Source of the DNA: Candidatus Poseidoniaceae archaeon
Lineage (GTDB): Archaea > Thermoplasmatota > Poseidoniia > Poseidoniales > Poseidoniaceae
Direction: 5' to 3'
Length of the DNA: 64,000 bases
Assembly: GCA_016777125.1 (NCBI GenBank)
Contig: JADHSC010000003.1
Coordinates: 15,164 to 79,163, forward strand
Shown in pieces: positions 57,201 to 64,000 of this stretch. The position numbers and the translations under genes are program-made. How positions within the stretch are numbered: position 1 is the first letter of the stretch; each line of letters starts with the position of its first letter. The notes below the pieces were generated by a model. It did not search any database and had not been told where the DNA came from. It saw nothing but the letters and a program-made list of their open reading frames with translations.

Positions 57201-60200
57201 AGATTCAACTGCGTGAAGGGCTGTTGTTGCAGTAGAGGTACCGCCGTCCCAACGGAACTCAGTATTCTCTGCGTAAACACCAACGTCTCCAGCAGCATCA
57301 AGTGGGTATATCCACGAGTAGTCACCGTCAACCATGTACAATCCAGTACCTGTTGCACCACCATCGACTGAAGCGTCGATAGCAGTTACAGTTGCATCCT
57401 CAGCATAGACACCAGCAGTTGATCCTGCAACGGATGCAGCACCTGTTAGTGTTAGCGTAGCGTCTTCGATAGAGACACCGTATGCATATCCGCTGATGTC
57501 TGTTCCAGAGAGGGTAATGTCATCTCCCGAGTTGAGAGAAGACATACCGATACTGCCAGAGACACCTGTTCCAACAATGGTTGAGTCGACATCATTGATG
57601 TCGCAGCCATCGGTGACGACTGCATTATCGCCCATGTTGATGGTGTTCAATTGGCTCTGAATAGTTACAGAGTTACAGTCGACGAAATCAAGACCAATTG
57701 CGTTAGGAGCAACACGACCAGGACTGAGTCCGATTGTGTTGTTCTCAACAACTGGTCCAGAGTATCCACCGGTACTGGTACCGTAGTAGACAGCGATGTT
57801 TGCTCCACCGTCACCCCATGTATCAGTAACCTTCAGCGTGTATGATCCAGCAACGTTGTACGATGTTAAACGGTTGTAGGCTGTGTTGGAACTGAATGAT
57901 CCTGCAGCCCATGTATCGGTTGTTCCATCTGGCTTTGTAATTTCAAGGCCGATTTCTGAACCCCAGCTATCAGATTCTAGGTCGACATACGCAGTGGAAC
58001 CAGAAGGTACCGTAAATGTGCATGAAGCAGTAGTTCTGTATGCATTGGATGCAATTGTACACAATGATGTGGAAGGTGCAGGAGGTGCTTCTGCCGAATC
58101 AATTCGGATACCACCGTCTGCGTCCAATAGAGTGTTGTTGGAAACATCACCATATCCACCGTTGATGGTGATACCAGGCTTGCTAGCATCACTTACACCG
58201 GTGATAGAGTTGCCGTCCAATAGATAACCATTTGTGTTAATCAATTGAACTGCAGTTTCTGGTCCATCGAATGTGTTGTCAGTAACTGTCAAGCGCTTGG
58301 TCGATTGATCGTATGCTCGAACACCGTATTTACCGGTGGAACTGCTGAAGGTGTTATCCTTGACAACGGCATCATCGGCATATGAGTTCGAGTAGAACCA
58401 AACATCGGCTATTTCTCCACCATCAAGGAAGGTGTTTCCTTCAATAGTAGTGTTATCTGCACCAAACTGGCTAGCACTATGAGTGTAGGAGTATCCAGAT
58501 CGTTGGAAGGAAATTCCAGCGCCACAGTCTGACAATGTACTATTAATGACGTATGAGTTATCTGAACCATAGAAGTTGATACACACGTCTGTTGATGAGA
58601 TAGCATTGTTCAGTGGTGTGTAACCCTTGTAATGCGTCATTGAAACGTTATCAATTCGCAGCCAATCAGAGACACAGTCATAGTTGTTCCAAGTGGAACA
58701 GTATCCCATACCGCTGGTAATCGACGCCACTGGGTTCAATGTTGAATTCTTAATCGAGATATCCATTGCTTGGTATAGGTAACCGATTTCAACACCGGTT
58801 TGTTGACCAGATGTTGGGTTAACTGCAAGACCATACACTTCAGATTCGTGAAGGTACAATTCAGGTGCATCAGTTCCACTTTGAGCATACCATCGTTGAG
58901 TATCACTGAACGTGTATGAACCTGTAACCAAAACCTTGGTGTTGTTCCAGTTGTGTTCTTCATTGTCATCGAAGTACATGAATGGAACGTCAACCATAAT
59001 TGTCTTACCAGACATGTCTTCAGGAGTTGCTCCGTAGTAACCATACTCCATGTAGGATCCACCATCACCGTCAGTCAAGGATCGAGAAGAACCAGTTCCG
59101 AGGTATCGTGAACCGCTGCATCCAGCAACCATAACGTATGATGAACTGCTGTATGTGTAACAGACACGTGCTTCGATACGATCGTTCAAGTCAATAGTTC
59201 CAGTGAGGCCACTCGTATCTGAAAGACTGAGTGTTTCGAAAGCATATCTGAAATCACCCTTACTGGATGTGTATTCAATCATAGCAACAGTAGCTGCCTG
59301 ATATCCCGCCAGGTTGTCGGTGGTCGTACCTGAAGAGTCAACACGAACAGTTCTGAATTGTATTCCAGAAGCATCTCCATTGGAATCGGTTGTACCTGTT
59401 CCAGTGATCTTCTTGTCAGCATTCATCAGAACAACGTTTGTTCCTTGAACACCAGACCCATCTGCTTCAATTGTCATTTCCAATTCACGCATTCGTTCGA
59501 AATCACCAGTTCCAGTAACTGATACCTTAGAAGTATCAACTGTACCTTCAATGAAGTCAACCTTGCTTGAACCTGTTACAACAACGTCGTGTGTCGTACT
59601 CGCAAAGGCCGAGTCTGTTATCGTGAACTCTTGACTTCCTGCCGTTTCGAGACCAACATCGTTTCCTGCTAGAGTAATACCGTCAAATACAACATTCTTA
59701 CTTGTAAGTGGGCCGTACTTGTATGCAGCTCCAGCACTGTTGGTGATGGTACCTGAAAGATCTCCACCGAAGTTCTTGACGTAGTAAATACCAGCAGTGT
59801 TCTGAGCATCAAAGTCCATGTTTGTCAGGTCGATTGAACCGGAACCTGAGGAAGATACGAGCATTCCGTAATCTCCACCGTTAACTTCAATGTCGTCCAT
59901 TGCAGCGGATACAGCGCCAGTTACTTCAACACCAGAATCGGTTGGTGAAGTAATGTCGATAGATTCGAATATTCCAGCGGCAAAGTTACCACCAATTTCG
60001 ATTCCATTATCTGCTCCAGTGATGACTCCATTCTTGAAAGAAGCAGTACCGCTGTCTCTGAGATAGTCTCCGAGATCGCTTGGATCATTACCAGCACGAG
60101 CGACAATGTCAAGTCGGTCTTGGTAATTGTCTGCACGGTTGTGGAGAACATCAACATACATAGTAACCTTAGAGATTGAACTATCGGAAATATCTACGAC

Positions 60201-63200
60201 TGGGAAAGACATACGAGCGCCTTGTCCTGGATTCATGTAATATGAATATGCATAATCGAGACAGATGTTGTATGATCCTCCAACGTATCCTTCAACAGGC
60301 TTGTATACCCCTTGTCCACCATGGTAAGAGGTGTAGTAGTAGCCCCAGTAATGGTATGGGTAATATCCGCTGTTTGGTGTTGTGTCAGCATCAATTTCAG
60401 ACCATCGGAATCCGAATTGGTCTGGGTAGTAGTAGTAACCAGGATAGGATGGGAAGGTCTGAGGACCTTGAGGCCAATAGCGCCATAGGTAGTACATGTA
60501 ACCGTCAAAGTTACTTGTAGCGGATGGCCCATAGCTGTAACCGTATTGGTTACAATGCCATGATGCAACTCCACCTTCACCACCAGCGTATGTGTCAGCA
60601 CCGTTTCCAGACTTAGGATCGTTTGCACCCCATGGGTAGTATCCCATCTTGTCTGGTGTGGTAATGTTCTCAGAAACTTCTCCGCTTCCATCATCGTAGG
60701 TAACTTCGATGTTCCAGCGGTCAGTAATCATGTAGTACTTGCTTGTAGCATAGTTGTAGGTTGGGTGAGCATTTCCACCACCATAGATGGAGTTAGCACC
60801 AACTTGCAGATAATCTGAAGTTCCAAGGAAGGAGGAGAGGTCTACTGCATATGTTGTCCATCCAGTTGATTGTCCTGACAATGAAGTAGAACGGTAAATG
60901 GTTGGAAGGCTCATTCCACCGTAGACATCGACACCAACAGTGTTGTCAGTTGATGTGAATCCGTCGATTTGCGGAGCACCGTTGTAGGCTTGTATACCAA
61001 CAGCAGCGTTAGAGACTGCGAGGTTGGTGTATGAACCACTTGCTTGTTCAACCCAAAGGGCTGTGCCAGTGTTCGCTACGTTGATGATGCTGGAGGAAGC
61101 TATGTCAGCTGTTCCACCATCAACCTTGACGGTTGCCATCTCAGTAGAACTTGCAGAGGAACCGTAAACAGTACCTGAGTTCTTCATGATTAGCGTAGCA
61201 CCATCTCCAACGTACAGAGCAGACCCTGTAGTTGCATCTTGAGCAACATCACGGACAATACCGCCATCAATTTCGAGTGTTCCATCTTGGATATCGATTG
61301 TCAGAGGGTATGTTGAAGAAACCGCCTTCAATACTCCAGTGGCTACTGAAGATTTTCCTACAAGCAACTTACCACCATTCGATAGTGTTAGTACAGGAGT
61401 ACTTGTTGCAGTCGACTTGACTGCTAGAACAGCACCCATGAGTTTGACGACACATCCATTGAGGTTGAGATCTTCAGTCAATGTCATTGGTGTTCCATCA
61501 AATTCGTAGATGACTCCTCCAGCAGCGGTTGTACCGTTTGTAGGTAGACCCGCTCCGGTGTCAGCATCAGTCCATGCTGCCAACCAAGAACAGTCCATGT
61601 TGGTTCCATTGAAATCAACAGGGGATGGCTCAAGAAGAAGAGCATATGAACTGCCAATGGTAAATCCACTGGTCAAATCGCTTGCATACCAGGTGTCACT
61701 CGAGAGAGTCTCGTTCTGTCCAGCAGGTCCGAATGCACGGAGGTTGTGATCGCTGTATGTGTTTCCAGCACTGTCTCCAGTGATGACCCACACAGATGCT
61801 TCACCGTTTGCATCAGTAATGTGAGATCCGACTTCGAAGAGTTCGGCTCCCGCTCCTGATACAACACTAGCGCTGACAACGTGTCCACTCTTGTTTACTT
61901 CTTCGATAGTTGAGTTAACAGCTTCGAGTCGGTATGCACGCAGAGTTGCAGTACCACCGTAGTAAATCAATGCAGAGGATGATGTGTAAACATCACAATC
62001 TGATGTAGCACCGTTCGAGTCAGCACAATCATCAGTGTTCTGTGAAACATCGATAAGACGTACTTCAGCGTTTGAACTTGCATAAGCAAGGTAAACACCG
62101 CTTCCAGCATTGGAACTGGTAATATCAACTTCACCAATAGTCATCTTCGAGTTACGAGCGTACAGAGCGTGGTCTGTGCTTGATGTGTGGGAAAGAGTTC
62201 CCCCATCGACGACAAAGTTGTTTGGTGCAGCGCTGCTTGAACAGCTGCTGTATACTCTGTCGGAATCGATGGTTGTTACATCAATCTTCCATCCACATCC
62301 TGCTACACCAAATCGACCAGAGTCGAGATTTGCAACAGACATAACATCAGTCGAGATAGCGTTCCCTGAGATGTCAATGTGTCCAGCGGTTATATCATTA
62401 AACATCGAAGGTTGAATTCGAGTCATAGATATGTCGCCAGAATCGATGTTGTGGAAGATAGCGAAATCTCCAGAAGGTCCGTTTGCTGTGCTTGAAGAGC
62501 CACCAGGAGTGATGGATAGCGTAGCAGTTCCAATGTCGACGTCTGTCATGTTGATAGAACCAAGAGCATTGATCGAGACACTTGAGTATCCAGGAGCATC
62601 AAGGTTGAAGATGTTCACTTCGCTGGATGTACCAAATGCTGAATCCAATGCAACTCCAGTTTGTGCAGATCCACTTGTTGTGAAAGAAGCACTAACGTTT
62701 GAGATTGTTACATGTTGCAAATCTGTATCGATGAGGTTCTTGTATGCATTCTCAATTGTTACGTTCTCAACATGGAGCATTCCACCAGTAGAACCTGGAT
62801 AGTTGACGATAGCGCCGCCCCATGATTCGCCGTCAGAGTTACAATTCGACATCGTTCCTTCCATGAGCATAGCGTTTGCGCTGCTTGGCAGGTTAATACA
62901 AGCCTTGTCAGCCCCACTAATTGCGAAGTTCATCATCGTAATTCCAGTTCCTTGTCCACTGCCGTGACTGATTGCAGTCTCGACGTTGGTGAATGTAACT
63001 TGACTTAGTGTGAAGTTACCGACGTTAGCGTTGGAGTAACATGGTCGTGTACCACCGTTGCTGTCAACACAGTATGCGTTGTAGTCTTGGTGTCGTGAAC
63101 CAGCAGTGATTGCAGCAGTACTGGTGTTGTTGAAGTCAACGTAACTGAATACGTGTCGGTCATCAGTACCAGCGGTTGTAGTACAATCGTCTGTGAAAGA

Positions 63201-63980
63201 GAGACCCTTCCATTCTGCACCTGCAGCACCCTCGAAGAGGATATGATCGGTGGAGTTTCCGATAGCCTTGACTGAATCGCAAGCACCATCTATGGAAATT
63301 CCCTTACCTTGTTCGACTTGTATGACTGTTCCTGGCTGGATTGTTAGATCTCCACCAGATACAGAGAGATAGTCGCTGCTAGGGCTGATTCGGTACGGTG
63401 AACCTTCATTGTCCCAGATACATTCTACATTGTTTCCTGAACAGTCGAGGTCGTTGTCGACATCTGTACCCTTGCCTTCGAATGGCATTGTACGGACATA
63501 GACACCACAATCGTATGCTGTGTTATCATAGCAGTAGTAGCTGCTGTAATAGCCCCACCATGGTGCAATTGTACCAGGTCGAGCTGCAGAGTTACTAGAG
63601 TATGGCAAATCAGGCATGCTTGTACCCCATGTAGTAATACCACGTTCAAGGGATTGAGAGCCAGTGTCAATCATGTAGAGGTAACCGTTACGACCAATTT
63701 GAAGTCGGTCGTCAGTGTCGTCACCATCGAACGATTTCTGGAAGTAATCGAAAGTAAATCCAGAAGGAAGGTCGATGTTCGCGTTACATCCAGTCTTGTA
63801 TTGGTTCCAGTAGTAACTGTAAGAACAGTAGTAACCAGTTGGCGTACCACCTGATGAACCAGAGATAACCTGTGCAGCGTTAGAAACAGGCTTGATACCT
63901 GTTGAGAACGCTTCGTATCCATGGTCATTTCCATCAGTTGAAATTCTGTAGTTGGATGAATGCGGGTTGTTACCAGCCAT
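53724..63980 (-). CDS. Giant cell-surface protein (>3418 aa; the 5' end very likely extends beyond the window). Contains beta-helix and adhesin-like domains, a Tyr/Trp-rich low-complexity block, and a C-terminal TM anchor.
   Basis: Uninterrupted ORF to the window edge, with no signal peptide at the in-window Met. Repeated NxTxxG/DNTF right-handed beta-helix-like repeats. Hydrophobic segment PSLVVVALAGFFVTALAM followed by SSRR. Confidence 0.6.
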   Translation of the reverse strand: MAGNNPHSSNYRISTDGNDHGYEAFSTGIKPVSNAAQVISGSSGGTPTGYYCSYSYYWNQYKTGCNANIDLPSGFTFDYFQKSFDGDDTDDRLQIGRNGYLYMIDTGSQSLERGITTWGTSMPDLPYSSNSAARPGTIAPWWGYYSSYYCYDNTAYDCGVYVRTMPFEGKGTDVDNDLDCSGNNVECIWDNEGSPYRISPSSDYLSVSGGDLTIQPGTVIQVEQGKGISIDGACDSVKAIGNSTDHILFEGAAGAEWKGLSFTDDCTTTAGTDDRHVFSYVDFNNTSTAAITAGSRHQDYNAYCVDSNGGTRPCYSNANVGNFTLSQVTFTNVETAISHGSGQGTGITMMNFAISGADKACINLPSSANAMLMEGTMSNCNSDGESWGGAIVNYPGSTGGMLHVENVTIENAYKNLIDTDLQHVTISNVSASFTTSGSAQTGVALDSAFGTSSEVNIFNLDAPGYSSVSINALGSINMTDVDIGTATLSITPGGSSSTANGPSGDFAIFHNIDSGDISMTRIQPSMFNDITAGHIDISGNAISTDVMSVANLDSGRFGVAGCGWKIDVTTIDSDRVYSSCSSSAAPNNFVVDGGTLSHTSSTDHALYARNSKMTIGEVDITSSNAGSGVYLAYASSNAEVRLIDVSQNTDDCADSNGATSDCDVYTSSSALIYYGGTATLRAYRLEAVNSTIEEVNKSGHVVSASVVSGAGAELFEVGSHITDANGEASVWVITGDSAGNTYSDHNLRAFGPAGQNETLSSDTWYASDLTSGFTIGSSYALLLEPSPVDFNGTNMDCSWLAAWTDADTGAGLPTNGTTAAGGVIYEFDGTPMTLTEDLNLNGCVVKLMGAVLAVKSTATSTPVLTLSNGGKLLVGKSSVATGVLKAVSSTYPLTIDIQDGTLEIDGGIVRDVAQDATTGSALYVGDGATLIMKNSGTVYGSSASSTEMATVKVDGGTADIASSSIINVANTGTALWVEQASGSYTNLAVSNAAVGIQAYNGAPQIDGFTSTDNTVGVDVYGGMSLPTIYRSTSLSGQSTGWTTYAVDLSSFLGTSDYLQVGANSIYGGGNAHPTYNYATSKYYMITDRWNIEVTYDDGSGEVSENITTPDKMGYYPWGANDPKSGNGADTYAGGEGGVASWHCNQYGYSYGPSATSNFDGYMYYLWRYWPQGPQTFPSYPGYYYYPDQFGFRWSEIDADTTPNSGYYPYHYWGYYYTSYHGGQGVYKPVEGYVGGSYNICLDYAYSYYMNPGQGARMSFPVVDISDSSISKVTMYVDVLHNRADNYQDRLDIVARAGNDPSDLGDYLRDSGTASFKNGVITGADNGIEIGGNFAAGIFESIDITSPTDSGVEVTGAVSAAMDDIEVNGGDYGMLVSSSGSGSIDLTNMDFDAQNTAGIYYVKNFGGDLSGTITNSAGAAYKYGPLTSKNVVFDGITLAGNDVGLETAGSQEFTITDSAFASTTHDVVVTGSSKVDFIEGTVDTSKVSVTGTGDFERMRELEMTIEADGSGVQGTNVVLMNADKKITGTGTTDSNGDASGIQFRTVRVDSSGTTTDNLAGYQAATVAMIEYTSSKGDFRYAFETLSLSDTSGLTGTIDLNDRIEARVCYTYSSSSYVMVAGCSGSRYLGTGSSRSLTDGDGGSYMEYGYYGATPEDMSGKTIMVDVPFMYFDDNEEHNWNNTKVLVTGSYTFSDTQRWYAQSGTDAPELYLHESEVYGLAVNPTSGQQTGVEIGYLYQAMDISIKNSTLNPVASITSGMGYCSTWNNYDCVSDWLRIDNVSMTHYKGYTPLNNAISSTDVCINFYGSDNSYVINSTLSDCGAGISFQRSGYSYTHSASQFGADNTTIEGNTFLDGGEIADVWFYSNSYADDAVVKDNTFSSSTGKYGVRAYDQSTKRLTVTDNTFDGPETAVQLINTNGYLLDGNSITGVSDASKPGITINGGYGDVSNNTLLDADGGIRIDSAEAPPAPSTSLCTIASNAYRTTASCTFTVPSGSTAYVDLESDSWGSEIGLEITKPDGTTDTWAAGSFSSNTAYNRLTSYNVAGSYTLKVTDTWGDGGANIAVYYGTSTGGYSGPVVENNTIGLSPGRVAPNAIGLDFVDCNSVTIQSQLNTINMGDNAVVTDGCDINDVDSTIVGTGVSGSIGMSSLNSGDDITLSGTDISGYAYGVSIEDATLTLTGAASVAGSTAGVYAEDATVTAIDASVDGGATGTGLYMVDGDYSWIYPLDAAGDVGVYAENTEFRWDGGTSTATTALHAVESVGSVENLTWSASTTQINAGSNAYVTSIGNTLDSNAISIVASATIDEANLFSLDATHLQGTASAVGMSLLSTDGTRAAYVSPAFQPDIMAVDGDDSDWIGGTPLNPSDDAMPGMVSGDGTNDLLVTYSEGDALYIGMTGEDLATNDLLIYLDVVAGGSNTGYNLNAAHTLPVQADYLFWATSDTNMDLYSNGFLGWGASSMSTDAVDADLGTTTAGFFEIAIPFSRLGGTPDAVNIVAILQDGTANIQNVHPSQTVTTGAQTLTEYISIETTHDDLETGSISDEVLVYRTYKGSTTAGAAKDYDVMIKTQADCAYDWATVDAVSMATNQQLTVDIKRACPEIQATLADDAVDEDSGVYTMSLTNLADDVQDDEATLTWTATEGTTVAHSNVLVDWNKNGHTVSITPLDDQFGTIEFEFVVTDSHGLTDTKNMTLTVNNINDKPVICNTERIDCMPVFVDDGSYTNIVPEGFGSVSKFLGDISNASKSYVRDMDNEQDPTRQVYTWGASVPTDCIAFSVDVVANELTMTENTGNELGGTCPVTLTLSDDGAENTAADNVVVDFSVSPVNDAPVVLDWDVTTGAVVTSANGSTPVAPWSISLMEDDTSVQNLTYDLSAVKYDVDHNAADLAWTVEPTDQCTYQNYFTATIQDDNLVFELVPDATTNANAWEIDYLNDNGIHQIGPSGSDFCQIRLVLKDTATAPSYVPNYDPAVMSIASYTQGVATQEIGVRVENVRELVGDYYFDDAIGFDFLGINNVLSGTYVPVEVTIGAGGDVGPFTYDHMLAVTFHTDGGHGESENVKYYPVPAYGDTMVIQEYVYIVNSSGQIYVEMDVLTCLDDDCDLSKAPSDRFQTDDPKSHRANSGGQQGDDWSKPGQYGSDATKTSERRPLLEDSDWCNNVMYSTETAPVCNHANQPASTFLAANNTGRIPSVVSLGSGLGSVPSFAPSLVVVALAGFFVTALAMSSRRDEEDVEEDTRIVDDEMAVSPVIATILMVAITVVLSGVIYVWASSLAETGKLGTPRVTFDKVNENLGAADGYWAISVDQTEAELSTQSVIVTVLYTDSTGTRTSYATSLANTSDVYGFSPSNSDAFVTFFDKVEDEGTYKESTFGIGDQIMVRTHAPDGTAITDGTIRITYQPGPGEGSVIKTYSDLEYNKV

Positions 63981-64000
63981 GTATCCAGCACCAGGGTTTC

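Noticed and set aside
1-64000. Looked for CRISPR arrays, transposases, integrases and prophage genes, especially next to the two tRNAs.
   Set aside because: No spaced direct-repeat arrays were found. The only tandem repeats are short in-frame coding repeats. No integrase- or transposase-like ORFs.

Overview
Archaeal chromosomal segment (inference from co-occurring archaeal markers: PolD small subunit, RFC small subunit, GatD, Pelota, and a tRNA with an anticodon-loop intron). No tool searches were run. All calls rest on motif-level reading of the supplied six-frame translations and the nucleotide sequence.

About 45% of the window is taken up by five very large, beta-rich secreted/anchored surface proteins: 1331, 865, 3054, 901 and more than 3418 aa. 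Each has an N-terminal signal peptide, a single C-terminal transmembrane (TM) helix, and an acidic cytoplasmic tail. This is the style seen in marine planktonic Euryarchaeota (MGII/Poseidoniales-like, inference only).

Between these sit housekeeping and metabolic genes:
- trmI, a bacterial/eukaryal-type metK, and aspS
- an alpha/beta hydrolase and an SDR
- an APC permease fused to an EF-hand
- a LigB-family dioxygenase pair fused to RidA, with an ALDH nearby (2-aminophenol meta-cleavage-like module), and panB
- an operon of luciferase-like monooxygenase, asparaginase-II-family protein and ALDH
- a secreted DNase-I-like nuclease
- a GHMP kinase next to a GH1 glycosidase fused to a sugar-1-P nucleotidyltransferase
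- rfcS, gatD, an acyl-CoA carboxyltransferase, and aroE
- an NfeD-flotillin operon, fhs, pelota, a CinA/PncC domain protein, the PolD small subunit, and a HAD phosphatase
- two tRNAs: Met/CAT with a 54-nt intron, and Val/TAC

The most unusual items are:
- an in-frame archaeal type-IV-pilin-like (class III signal peptide-like) module at the extreme C-terminus of the >3418-aa protein
- a Tyr/Trp/Gly/Pro-rich low-complexity block inside that protein
- a zinc-ribbon tail on the 1331-aa protein
- conserved Trp-rich tail motifs on the 865- and 3054-aa proteins
- several domain fusions

No CRISPR arrays, transposases or integrases were recognised.
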